In this document: piece after piece, positions 26,894 through 35,963 of the stretch | How the letters are laid out: every line of letters starts with the position of its first letter | How positions within the stretch are numbered: position 1 is the stretch's first letter | Notes under the pieces: generated by a model | Database searches by the model: none | What the model saw: the letters and a program-made list of their open reading frames with translations, nothing else | Told to the model about the DNA's origin: nothing | NCBI GenBank assembly: GCA_044222185.1 | Contig: JBGANV010000001.1 | Coordinates: forward strand, 1,600,001 to 1,664,000 | DNA from: Planctomycetota bacterium | GTDB taxonomy: Bacteria > Planctomycetota > GCA-002687715 > CAIWVZ01 | Direction: 5' to 3' | DNA: 64,000 bases | Made by a program: the position numbers and the translations under genes

Positions 26894-27900
26894 GCGCGAC
26901 GCTCCTGCTCGCCGCACTCCCTGCCACCGCACAGATGGAGAAGAGGAACGACGAGCTTTACGGGAAGGACTTCACGAAGACGAATCCAATGGTCGGCGCG
27001 CAGGTGCCCGACCTCGCCCTCTGCGATCTGGATGGACGACCCTGGGCCCTTTCGACGCTGAAGGGATCGACGGTCGTCATCATCAAGTGCGGCTTCACCT
27101 GACCGCCGTTCCGCCGCGCTGCCGCAGGTCTGCGCAGCCTTCACAAGCAGTACACGAACGTCGTGTTCCTCGCGATCGAACAGCGAGAGCCGCACGCCGG
27201 GCAGCTCGCATTTGCCGACGTCGAGCAGCCCTCCTCCTACGCCGAGCGTCAGGCACTCGCCGTTCGGTGCCGTGACGAATTCCAGATCCCGTTCCGGATC
27301 CTCGTCGACGGCATGGACGACGCGAGCCGCGCGCTGTTCGGCGACCTCCCGAGCCCGGCGTTCATCATCGAATCGACCGGACGGATCGCCGCCAAGCTTC
27401 CCTGGTCGGACCCGGAGCTGATCGCGGACGGACTCAACGCGGTCGAGCGTGCGGCCGAGTCCCGCTCCACCCAGCCGTCGGACATGAACGAGGTGATCGC
27501 GCTCGCGCGGAAACGCATGTCCGTGAAGGCGCACGCGGAGGCTCGCATCCTCCTGACGAACGCGATCCGCTCGATGCAGCACCTCTCACCGGCGACGCTC
27601 GCGGAGGCGCACCTCGCACTCGCATCCGCATGCCGGGGCGAGGGCAACACGGGTGACGCGACCACGTCGGCGACCGAGGCCGAGGTTCTGGCTCGCAAAG
27701 CCTGGTCGTCGAATCCGGCTCGGCTGGTTGCCGCACTGTGCGAGCTCGCAGCGCTGGAGCCGCCGGGCCCGTCCGCCGACGCTCGCTGGGCTGCGGCCGC
27801 CGCAGCGCTGGAATTCCGCGCGCCCATTTCCCAACGCACCTGGATCGAAGCTCACTCAGGCGGTGCGTCCACGCGAGCTGCGTCGCGACCGACCCGATGA
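26872..27900 (+). CDS. Exported deiodinase-like (thioredoxin-fold) selenoprotein, UGA at 27100-27102 read as Sec (342 aa)
   Basis: Track ORFs 26308..27102 and 27163..27900 share a frame and are separated only by one TGA. Read-through gives IKCGFT-U-PPFR...EQREPH...VDGMDD...FG.LP, deiodinase-family motifs. A SECIS-like hairpin follows, and selA/selC are in the window. Confidence 0.88.
27118..27138 (+). promoter_or_regulatory. Bacterial SECIS element
   Basis: GCTGC-C-GCAGGTCTGC-GCAGC hairpin starting 15 nt after the UGA. The apical GCAGGTCTGC matches the E. coli fdhF SECIS apex as I recall it. Confidence 0.8.
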
Positions 27901-28070
27901 CCGCCCGCGCCGCAACGCTGCGGCCCGATGACACGTCCCGTTCGGCACGCTGATCGCACGATGCGCGGCACGCATCGGAGGCGCGATCGCCCGTTACGAG
28001 GGCCGTACGCCGCGCCGGCCGCTGATGGTCGCAGGCGCGAACGAGCGTCGACTCTCACGCGCGTCGACGT

Positions 28071-28367
28071 TCACTTCACATGGAAGTTCTTGTAGGCAAG
28101 AACGACGTGGACGATGGCTTGCAGCGAGATGAGCGCCCCTGCGATCGCACCGGCTACGGGCTTGTAGGAGTACAAGAGCCACGAGATGCCAATCTCCGCC
28201 CCGATGATGAGGGTTCCCTGGATGAAGACGCGGAGGCCCGATGGGTGTTTCCCGAACAGCGGGTTCCGCTCCTCGCCGCCCTTTCCGAGCGCGTAGATGG
28301 TGGAGATGCCATCGAACGTTGCGGCGACGCCCAGGGCGATCGAGGCGATGACAAGAAATACGAACAT
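28071..28367 (-). CDS. Small membrane protein (DUF5658-like)
   Basis: GGAGGA RBS, D..ST.YAL..GGEERNPL motif and three hydrophobic segments. Confidence 0.7.
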   Translation of the reverse strand: MFVFLVIASIALGVAATFDGISTIYALGKGGEERNPLFGKHPSGLRVFIQGTLIIGAEIGISWLLYSYKPVAGAIAGALISLQAIVHVVLAYKNFHVK

Positions 28368-28636
28368 GAGTCCTCCGATGGTTCCCAGCGTCAGCCGCGT
28401 CGGCACCGATGCCGCGCCGACCGCGCTGAACGCAACGATTCCACGGCCGCAGGGAGTGCCTCACATGATGCACGAGTTCGGGACCGGGAGGGTGCCCACG
28501 CTGCCCCGACGCCGACTTTCTGGTCGCCCAACGAGTCCTCAGCATTCACGGCGAGAGATTGGGGCTGCGACGACGCCGTGTCCGAGACGTCGCCTTCTGG
28601 TGCCTCGACCGAGGATTCTCTCCCGACCTGCTGCCG

Positions 28637-29000
28637 TCACGCACGGCTGACGGTTCGGGCGCGGACGCGGCGGAAGACGCCGAAGTGCGCCAGGATGCGG
28701 TCAACCACCCCAACGGCCTCGAAGGCGGCGTCACGGCGAGCCTTGCGCCGGGCAAGGGAGAGCTTCGACCCCGACCTCGCAACCCGCCACGGCGCGCAGG
28801 GGACCTGACCGGACACCGCGCGTGGCGCGACCGACGTCGCTTGGCGAAGGATCGAGCCGACTCCGAAGGCGGTCGAGCCGCGTCTGGATGCCATGTCGTG
28901 CCCGAGGACGTCGCGCGCGACTCCCAGCGGTCATTCTGCGGCAGCGTTCAGGGTGCGGGACACAGCTGCGCGACATGGTTCCGGCCCTCCCTCGCTCAGA
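28637..29000 (-). pseudogene. Possible heavily eroded IS91-family transposase C-terminal remnant
   Basis: Fragments in two frames (CVPHP; VGVEALPCPAQG; VVDRILAHFG) resemble the IS91 C-terminal pattern VP.P...VF..D.L.CP.CG...V..IL.HLG. The resemblance is weak. Confidence 0.3.
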
Positions 29001-29178
29001 AACGCCTCGCCTCGACTCGCCGGTCGATCGGCGGTCAGGCAGCCGGAAGAGCTGAACAGGTTCACGATCGCCCGCCGCGATCGCGATCAACGTCAACCAC
29101 CGATGTCTCGCTTATTCCTGCCAGATCGCGCAGACCGGCTCACGGCCGACGCCAGCGGTTAGGCTCTACACCCGCCGC

Positions 29179-29736
29179 ATGGGACTACTGACCTTCAGCA
29201 TCAACGTCACTCTGGACGGCTGCGTCGATCACCAGGAAGGCGTCGCCGACGACGAAACGCATGCCTTCTTCACCCGCCTCATGGACGAGAGCGGCGCCAT
29301 GCTCTGGGGCCGCGTCACGTACGAGATGATGGAGAGCTACTGGCCGGCGGTCGCTCGCGGGGACGTCGAGGCACCGTCGACGATGCGTGATTGGGCAGTC
29401 AAGCTGGAGACGAAGCCGAAGTACGTGGTTTCGACGACGCGACGGAACTTCCCATGGACCAACAGCCACCACGTCGCCGGCAACCTGCACGCGGGCGTGC
29501 AGAGCCTGAAGGACGCGACTGCGTCCGGCGTGCTCCTCGGTAGCGGCAAGCTCGCGGCCGAGTTGGACCGGCTGGATCTGATCGACGAGTACAAGTTCCT
29601 CGTGCACCCCAGGATCGCCGGTCACGGCCCGACACTGTACGGCGGAGGGCTCCCCAGCACGCGACGGCTCGATCTGGTCTCGGCGAGACCCCTCCGCAAC
29701 GGCGCGGTCGCCATGCACTACCGACGCGCGCGTTGA
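29179..29736 (+). CDS. Dihydrofolate reductase-like (RibD C-terminal) family protein
   Basis: INVTLDG, WGRVTYEMM, PKYVVS and LIDEYKFLVHPRIAGHGPTLY motifs. Confidence 0.9.
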   Translation: MGLLTFSINVTLDGCVDHQEGVADDETHAFFTRLMDESGAMLWGRVTYEMMESYWPAVARGDVEAPSTMRDWAVKLETKPKYVVSTTRRNFPWTNSHHVAGNLHAGVQSLKDATASGVLLGSGKLAAELDRLDLIDEYKFLVHPRIAGHGPTLYGGGLPSTRRLDLVSARPLRNGAVAMHYRRAR

Positions 29737-30016
29737 CCTCGACCCGCAAGCAGCCGCCGCTGCGCCTCGTACCCGCTCCTGGAAGAAACGCATTCAAATT
29801 CCAGGGTGCGGAGGCGTGCGACATCGGGTTTCCGCCTGGTGGCCACCCGCTCAAGGCAGCGCGGTCAGTCCATCTTCATGCCAGACGAAACCGACGTCCG
29901 GTGTGCCGGTCGAACGAGCGGCACCAGATCGCGTGCTGCGCCGCTGGTCGCGCGCAGCATGCAGTTGACCCTCGCCCCAGAAGCTGGCAACGACCGTTCA
30001 AACTTGGGCTGACAAG

Positions 30017-30091
30017 TCGGGGCGGCGGGATTTGAACCCGCGACCTTCGGCTCCCAAAACCGACGCTCTAGCCAGGCTGAGCCACGCCCCG
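30017..30091 (-). tRNA. tRNA-Pro (anticodon UGG)
   Basis: CGGGGCGTGGCTCAGCCTGGCTAGAGCG-TCGGT-TTTGGGA-GCCGA-AGGTC-GCGGGTTCAAATCCCGC-CGCCCCGA forms a cloverleaf. CCA is not encoded. Confidence 0.96.
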
Positions 30092-30110
30092 AGGCGAACA
30101 GAACGGGCGG

Positions 30111-30139
30111 ATTCTCCTCCGCGGCGACCGGTCGTGCAA
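30111..30139 (-). promoter_or_regulatory. Sigma70-type promoter of tRNA-Pro
   Basis: TTGCAC-N17-GAGAAT on the minus strand. Confidence 0.55.
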
Positions 30140-30183
30140 GGCAGACTCGGCGAGCCGGAGGCCGAACCCCATCCGTCGATCGT

Positions 30184-30945
30184 TCAGTAGTAGGTCGGGA
30201 CGTAGCCGACGCCGAACTCGGACACCGGCATCCAGTCCTTGCCGCCGCTCGCGGTCTTTTCGAGGAGCGTGATACCAGGTCGCTCCGACTTGCGGAGACG
30301 GAAGCCGTTCATCGGGTTGACGCCCACGTACGAGACGAGGCGATCCTTCGTCGGAACCTTCGCGTCCTGCTGGAACGCGGTGACCGTCCACGTGCGTCCG
30401 CCGTCGGTCGTCTCGTAGAGGCTCTCCTTCTTGGGACCGGACGGCGACTCGGAGTAGCTGACGACGACCGATCCTTCGGTGTCGGACTTGAACGCAACCG
30501 AGTGGACGTCGGCGATGCGGACGCCATCCCCAGCTGGAAGAACATCCTCGACGAAGCGGTTGCCGCCGTCCTTCGTTCGGAAGATGACGGCACGGTGAAC
30601 GCCTTCGGGCGTGATCCGGCGAGCCCCGATCCAGCCGCGGATCCGGTCGGCGAAGAACAGTGAGTGGAAGCTCACGTTCTCGAGTTCGTGGATCTCGGAG
30701 CCGGCGCGGCGCCAGCGACCGCCGCCGTCCTCGGTGTGCAGCAACAGCCCGTCGTGGGCGCCGTCCGCCGTTCCGAGCGTGCCGACCGCCCAGATGTCGG
30801 TCAACGAGACGGCGTGGACCGCCTGGAGATCGACCCCGGTGTAGCGCTCGTGCGCCGGTGTCGGGACCTCCAGCTGCGGGCCTGAAGACTCGCACCCTGC
30901 CACCAACACCAAACCCATCGCGACCCAGAGGCTCGTTCGTCCCAC
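30184..30945 (-). CDS. Lipoprotein with BNR/YCF48-like Asp-box repeats
   Basis: Lipobox LVAG-C, with Asp-box repeats HTEDGGGRW, RTKDGGNRF, ETTDGGRTW and KTASGGKDW. Confidence 0.82.
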   Translation of the reverse strand: MGRTSLWVAMGLVLVAGCESSGPQLEVPTPAHERYTGVDLQAVHAVSLTDIWAVGTLGTADGAHDGLLLHTEDGGGRWRRAGSEIHELENVSFHSLFFADRIRGWIGARRITPEGVHRAVIFRTKDGGNRFVEDVLPAGDGVRIADVHSVAFKSDTEGSVVVSYSESPSGPKKESLYETTDGGRTWTVTAFQQDAKVPTKDRLVSYVGVNPMNGFRLRKSERPGITLLEKTASGGKDWMPVSEFGVGYVPTYY

Positions 30946-31128
30946 GCTCGCGTTCCTTTCCCTTCAGCGCCCGGCGGGCACCAGTCCCGTCGGTCCCGCT
31001 CATTATCGAGTGCGGAGCGACCGCCGCTGCAATGACAGCGGGCGTGCCGCGGATTCCCAGCCGCCCCGAGGCGGGCCGGGGACCACGATCCGCTCACCGA
31101 ATGGCGGGGATGATATCCTCGGCGCGAT

Positions 31129-32586
31129 ATGGAATCCCGCCGCAAGCCCGACGCTGGTGCATCCGATGCCGATCGAGCGAACCTCCTGCGGCGCCTCCCA
31201 TCGATCCAGCAGCTTCTGGAACGGCCCGAGATCGAAGCCCAGGCACAGGTGCCCGGAAAGCGCGGCCTCGTCGTGATGTCGGCCCGAGAGGAGGTGGAGG
31301 CGTGCCGCCGCGCGATCCTCTCCGGCCGAGCCACCGAGGACGACGTATCGCTCGCGTCCGTGAGTGGTCGGCTCCTCCAACGCCTGAACCGCGACGGCCG
31401 CCCGCTGCCACGGGTCCTGAACGCCACGGGAGTCATCCTCCATTCCGGTCTCGGCCGGGCGCCGCTCGCACCGAGCGTGCTCGACACCCTTCGGAGCCAG
31501 GGTCCCTACTCGCTGTTGGAAGTCGACCGGGAGAGGGGGGAACGGCGAGCGCGCGACACACGCTGCGTCACGATGCTCAAGGCCCTCACCGGGGCCGAAG
31601 ACGGCCTCGTCGTGAACAACAACGCCGCCGCGACGGTTTGCATCCTCCATGCCCTCGCTCGCAAGCGTGAAGTGATCTGCTCACGCGGCGAGATGGTCGA
31701 GATCGGTGGATCGTTTCGGATTCCGGAGGTGATGGAGGCTTCCGGATGCGAACTCGTCTCCGTTGGCGCGACGAACAAGACACACATCGAGGACTACGCG
31801 CGCGCCATCGGGCCGAACACGGCGGCGTTGCTCGTCGTCCACACGAGCAACTACCGGATCGTCGGGTTCACCGAACGGCCCAGTTTGCGCGAGATCGCCG
31901 AGCTCGGGCACGCCCATGGACTCGTCGTCATCCACGACCTCGGATCGGGGTCGCTGCTTTCGCCGGAGGCGTTGGGGATCGGTGACGAGCCGCCAGTCTC
32001 CGCAAGTCTCGAGGCCGGCGCCGACGTCGTGTGCTTGAGTGGCGACAAGATGCTGGGCGGCCCGCAAGCCGGGATCATCCTCGGACGCAGTGCTCTCGTG
32101 AAGGAGTGTCGATCGAGCCCCCTCGCTCGCGCGTTCCGGATCGACAAGCTGCGCGTTGCGGCACTGGAAGCGACCCTCACGTTGTTTCTCGACCCGAAGA
32201 CGCTCGACCTGACGCACCCGGTCACCGACATGCTCCGGCGCAAGCCCGCCGACCTGCGCACTCGGGCCGAGGCTCTCGTGCGCGCGGTCGCGGGGTGCTG
32301 CCCGCGCGATACCGTGGCGACCATCGTTCCGACGGACTCCGAGGCCGGCAGCGGTGCGCTCCCCGCCCTGCCCATTCCTTCGCTCGCCGTGGCGATCACC
32401 TCCCCGCGCATGAGCCCCGATGCGCTCGCGCGCGCCTTGCGCCTCGAGCCCACGCCGTTGTTCACGAAAACCCGGGACGGCCACGTGCTTCTCGACGTCC
32501 GCACGCTCGCCGACGACGAGGTGGAACTTGCAGCGACAGTCCTCGCGAGCGCCCTCCGCCGCGATTCGCGCGCGTCGGCGAATTGA
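31129..32586 (+). CDS. selA: L-seryl-tRNA(Sec) selenium transferase
   Basis: VLNATGVILHSGLGRA, VVNNNAAA, SRGEMVEIGGSFRIP, VHTSNY, DLGSG and SGDKMLGGPQAG (PLP lysine). Confidence 0.97.
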   Translation: MESRRKPDAGASDADRANLLRRLPSIQQLLERPEIEAQAQVPGKRGLVVMSAREEVEACRRAILSGRATEDDVSLASVSGRLLQRLNRDGRPLPRVLNATGVILHSGLGRAPLAPSVLDTLRSQGPYSLLEVDRERGERRARDTRCVTMLKALTGAEDGLVVNNNAAATVCILHALARKREVICSRGEMVEIGGSFRIPEVMEASGCELVSVGATNKTHIEDYARAIGPNTAALLVVHTSNYRIVGFTERPSLREIAELGHAHGLVVIHDLGSGSLLSPEALGIGDEPPVSASLEAGADVVCLSGDKMLGGPQAGIILGRSALVKECRSSPLARAFRIDKLRVAALEATLTLFLDPKTLDLTHPVTDMLRRKPADLRTRAEALVRAVAGCCPRDTVATIVPTDSEAGSGALPALPIPSLAVAITSPRMSPDALARALRLEPTPLFTKTRDGHVLLDVRTLADDEVELAATVLASALRRDSRASAN

Positions 32587-32611
32587 ATCTTCGGGAGCCG
32601 GCCGCGATACT
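32583..32611 (+). promoter_or_regulatory. Sigma70-type promoter of selC overlapping the selA stop
   Basis: TTGAAT-N17-GATACT ending 13 nt before the tRNA. Confidence 0.55.
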
Positions 32612-32624
32612 GCGCCCTCCACCC

Positions 32625-32719
32625 GGGAGTGGATCGGTTCCTGGTGGACCGCCCGGTCTTCAAAACCGGTGTGACCGGCAAATAACCGGTCTGGTGGGTT
32701 CGATTCCCATGCACTCCCG
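32625..32719 (+). tRNA. selC: tRNA-Sec (anticodon UCA)
   Basis: GGGAGTG acceptor pairs with CACTCCC. Long D stem, CCGGT-CTTCAAA-ACCGG anticodon arm, long variable arm (GACCGG/CCGGTC) and GTGGG-TTCGATT-CCCAT T arm. Directly after selA. Confidence 0.95.
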
Positions 32720-32758
32720 TCCCGCCGCGGTGCCCGTGTACCGCAAGGAAGTCACGAC

Positions 32759-33295
32759 ATGCCGAGCGAAATGATCCTGGCGCCCTTCGACGCCATGTGG
32801 CGAGAGATCGGGTGCGCCTATCGCGGACTCGAGGTCATCCGGGCGGACCTGAAGAAGCTCCTCGACGGCGTCTCGCAGACCGAGCTGGATCGCGACCCCG
32901 GCCACGGCATCCCCACGATCGGCGGGACGCTCTGCCACATCGGGCTCGCCGAAGCGTGGTGGATCGTCGAGATCTGGAAGCGAGAGACGATCCCGTCGTC
33001 GTGGCGCACGCTCTACGAATGCGGTGTCCTCAAGCCGGGCGCCCTGAAGCCGCCCCAAGGCGTGCCTGCGGCGACGGTCTTCGCGTGGCTCGACGAGGTC
33101 CGGGAGTCCACGCGCCTTGCGCTGATGAAACAAACGGACAAGGACATCGACCGCCAGGTCATCGAGACGAAGAAGGGCAAGGCGTCGCTCCGCTGGGTGC
33201 TGCACCACGTCGCCGAACACGAGGCCCATCACCGCGGGCAGATCGCCCTCCTTCGCCGGCTGTTCGACAACCCCGCCGGAGGCCGCCGTGGCTGA
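32759..33295 (+). CDS. DinB/DUF664 family protein
   Basis: TIGGTLCHIGLAEAWW and WVLHHVAEHEAHHRGQI form the metal-binding His triad. Confidence 0.88.
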   Translation: MPSEMILAPFDAMWREIGCAYRGLEVIRADLKKLLDGVSQTELDRDPGHGIPTIGGTLCHIGLAEAWWIVEIWKRETIPSSWRTLYECGVLKPGALKPPQGVPAATVFAWLDEVRESTRLALMKQTDKDIDRQVIETKKGKASLRWVLHHVAEHEAHHRGQIALLRRLFDNPAGGRRG

Positions 33296-33611
33296 CTCCA
33301 AGGAGCGGACCGCGAAGCTCTCGGGCCACGACCTGTCCGTCTACACGGCAACGTGGTGTCCCGACTGCACCCGACTGAAGACGACTCTGCAACGCGAGGG
33401 CCTGAAGCACCGCGTCGTCGACATCGAGTCCGTGGAGGGTGCCGCGGACCGCCTCGTGAACGAGACCGGCAAGCGTGCGATCCCGTTCATCCTCGTGGAC
33501 GACAAGGAATGGGTCCGGGGCTACCACAAGGAGCTACCGCAGCGCCTCGACTACGGATTGCTGCTGACGGAGCTCGAAGCCGCCGTCGCGAAGGTGGGGC
33601 CTCGGCCCTAG
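33288..33611 (+). CDS. Glutaredoxin/NrdH-like redoxin
   Basis: YTATWCPDC and GKRAIP (cis-Pro) motifs. GTG start overlaps the dinB stop. Confidence 0.85.
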   Translation: MADSKERTAKLSGHDLSVYTATWCPDCTRLKTTLQREGLKHRVVDIESVEGAADRLVNETGKRAIPFILVDDKEWVRGYHKELPQRLDYGLLLTELEAAVAKVGPRP

Positions 33612-34015
33612 GCCGCCACGCACCGCGTCGCAGATGCGTGGCTGACGATGAGCCGCCCGTTTGCATCCCTGAACCGACCCTTGCAGATCGAAATGAGGTC
33701 GACGAGCGCCCAGACGAGGAAGCCGCCGGCCGTCAGCAGCTGGATGACGCCCGTGCCGATCCTTCCGGCGTAGAAGCGGTGGAGGCCGAATGCGCCCGTC
33801 GCGAAACCCAACGCCGCCAGGACGACGGCCACCGGGTACTCCCGCCAGCTGGGGATCTCGGTGGGACCTGCGGCGGCCACCGGGTCAGGCACCGGCGGCG
33901 GGGCTGGCACTCGGGGTGGCGACGGGCGCGGATCCCCGAACGTCGCCGGAGTACCGCAGTTCGGACAGAACGACACCGCCGACGGCACGCTCACCAGACA
34001 TACCGGACATGACAT
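33608..34015 (-). CDS. Zinc-ribbon + TM2 domain protein
   Basis: CPVC...FCPNCG and [16 protein letters not shown]...WALVDLISI. Confidence 0.88.
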   Translation of the reverse strand: MSCPVCLVSVPSAVSFCPNCGTPATFGDPRPSPPRVPAPPPVPDPVAAAGPTEIPSWREYPVAVVLAALGFATGAFGLHRFYAGRIGTGVIQLLTAGGFLVWALVDLISICKGRFRDANGRLIVSHASATRCVAA

Positions 34016-34197
34016 AGGTCCGCTCCCGACAATGGGCTGGGATTCGACGCAACCGGGGTATTATTCTCCCCGTCGAACGAACGCAACGGAGCCCGAGCCT
34101 GCCCGAGTCGTAGACCCACCTACGCCGACTCCCGCAGGAGCGCGTGGCCGTCGATAACCTTCGTGAAGGGTTGGAAGCTTAGAATCGCGTCCGAAGC

Positions 34198-35937
34198 ATG
34201 AACCGGCGTCTATCAAGTCTCGCTCTCGTGGTCATCGCGTCCCTGGTCGCGGGCTGCGACGTGGACTCCACCACGACCTTCCAGGCCCAGAGTCTCGCGA
34301 CGTCGGTGGACGGGACGCAAGCACTCAACAGCCCCATCGAAGTCACGTTCAACGCTCCGATCGACCCGTCGTCGGTCTCCCCGGAAGCCGTACGCGTACT
34401 CGGCTCCGACGGCCGGCGGCTCGCTACGAGCCTGCGAGTGCGCCGCGAAGCGCTGCTCATCGAGGCGGGCGACGCCGACGGGTGGCCCGCGGACACGCGG
34501 CTTCGCGTGGAGATCCCGCATCCCTGGCTCGGACGTCCGATCACGTCGACGACCGGCCGGCTGAACGGCGCCCCATTCCGGAAGGACGTCACCACAGGTC
34601 ACGCATTCGCGCCCCAGTCGGGGCCGCTTCGCCTGACCGGTGGACACGAGCTCAACGGCGCGACCGAGGTCACTGCCGAGGCCGAATTCTGGTTCGAGTT
34701 CGACGGCGTGATCGACGAGGCATCGCTCGATGCGGGCGTCAAGCTCTGGGACCTCACTCACGCCGAGGACGCCGGTCCGTTCGAAGCACGCGTGCGCCCA
34801 CGTCGCGGGATCTCGGTCATCCCGTTCGGCCGCCAGATCTTCCGCGAAAACACTCAGTACAAGCTCACGCTCACGTCCGCGTTGCGCGCTCGCGACTCGA
34901 GGCGCCTCGCCGCGGACGTCGCCTTCACCTTCGCGACGACGGCGTCACCTTCGGGCCAGCACACGACGGACTTCCGCCCCGCGCACCTGCGCGACGCGTC
35001 GCTCAAGCCGGACGCCGGACCCCTGAAACCGATCATCGGTCCGCCGGTGCCGCTCACGCTGACAGCGAGCGATCGTGATGCGGTCGGCGCGCCCTTCGGC
35101 CGCGAGCCCAGCCGCGTGCAGATTCTGATCCCCGCCGACAGCCTCGGACCGGAGGATGCGCTCGTCACCGGCCTTTCGTTCCGTGTCCAGGGGTTCGATG
35201 CAACGCTCTTCGAGAGCTTGTCCATTCGTGTCGGATACGCCGCTCCCTCTCACCAGGACGGATTGAGCGAAACCTTCGACGACAACTGGAGCCTTCCCAT
35301 GCCGGCACGGGGGCGGGAGCTCCTGAACGCCCATGGCCGGCGATGTCTCGTCGATCCCGGCCGCGAAGGGCTGATCACGTTCGAATTCGCGGAACCGTTC
35401 CTGTACGAGGCGCGCGAGGCGCGATCCGTCCTCGTGGAGGTCACGAACGACGGCGGAATCGCCGCGTCCGAATCGCTCGGATTCGCCTTGCTCGGCGAAC
35501 GACGCGACGAACCTCCGTCCAAGGCGCGGTTCGTCATGTCGACACGGGACTGGGTCCGGTCCGGTGAACGAACCGGATTCGTGCCCATGATGTCGGTGGT
35601 CGTTCAGCGCGAGCAACCCATCGAGTTGAACCCGTGGTCGGCAACGTCCGTCCGCGTCCCGGAGTATTTCTTCCGTCCAGACCGCCTCGACGCGTCGGGA
35701 CGCGAGTTCGCCGACTTCCGAATCGAATTCCGGGCGATCCGGTCGCCCGTCGACCTGAACAGCGCTGACAATCAACGGCAGTGGACCTCGGACGTGCGCA
35801 CCCTGCGCGGCGAGCGCACGATCCAGGCCCGCGTCATCTTCCCGTTGCGGCCGCGCACATCCGGTCGCGAGGACCAGCATGAGGTCGAGATCCGCCGCCT
35901 GACGGTCCCGTACCGCGAAGCGCGGATCCCCCGTTGA
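34198..35937 (+). CDS. Lipoprotein with bacterial Ig-like (Big_5) domains
   Basis: Lipobox LVAG-C, with PIEVTFNAPIDPSSV and FEFDGVID...NTQYKLTLT...FTFAT repeats. Confidence 0.75.
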   Translation: MNRRLSSLALVVIASLVAGCDVDSTTTFQAQSLATSVDGTQALNSPIEVTFNAPIDPSSVSPEAVRVLGSDGRRLATSLRVRREALLIEAGDADGWPADTRLRVEIPHPWLGRPITSTTGRLNGAPFRKDVTTGHAFAPQSGPLRLTGGHELNGATEVTAEAEFWFEFDGVIDEASLDAGVKLWDLTHAEDAGPFEARVRPRRGISVIPFGRQIFRENTQYKLTLTSALRARDSRRLAADVAFTFATTASPSGQHTTDFRPAHLRDASLKPDAGPLKPIIGPPVPLTLTASDRDAVGAPFGREPSRVQILIPADSLGPEDALVTGLSFRVQGFDATLFESLSIRVGYAAPSHQDGLSETFDDNWSLPMPARGRELLNAHGRRCLVDPGREGLITFEFAEPFLYEAREARSVLVEVTNDGGIAASESLGFALLGERRDEPPSKARFVMSTRDWVRSGERTGFVPMMSVVVQREQPIELNPWSATSVRVPEYFFRPDRLDASGREFADFRIEFRAIRSPVDLNSADNQRQWTSDVRTLRGERTIQARVIFPLRPRTSGREDQHEVEIRRLTVPYREARIPR

Positions 35938-35963
35938 TGTCGAAGAACCACGAGGAGTGTGAG

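Noticed and set aside
27100-27102. Nonsense mutation or pseudogene reading of the TGA
   Set aside because: The TGA falls at the family's catalytic Sec/Cys position, is followed by a SECIS-like hairpin, and Sec machinery genes are present.
15794-30017. Genomic island integrated at tRNA-Pro
   Set aside because: The gene content is accessory-like, but I found no integrase, no duplicated tRNA 3' end and no obvious GC shift.
32625-32719. G:G mismatch at the eighth acceptor-stem position of tRNA-Sec, and no encoded CCA in any of the three tRNAs
   Set aside because: To my knowledge both features are common in bacterial tRNA genes, so they are not distinctive.
25685-33295. Idea of a split EgtB/SenA (DinB + FGE domains) selenoneine-type pathway near selA
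   Set aside because: The FGE protein appears exported while the DinB protein is cytoplasmic and about 6 kb away. DinB has HxxxHxGQ rather than the EgtB HxxxHxE, and there is no SenB or SelD in the window.
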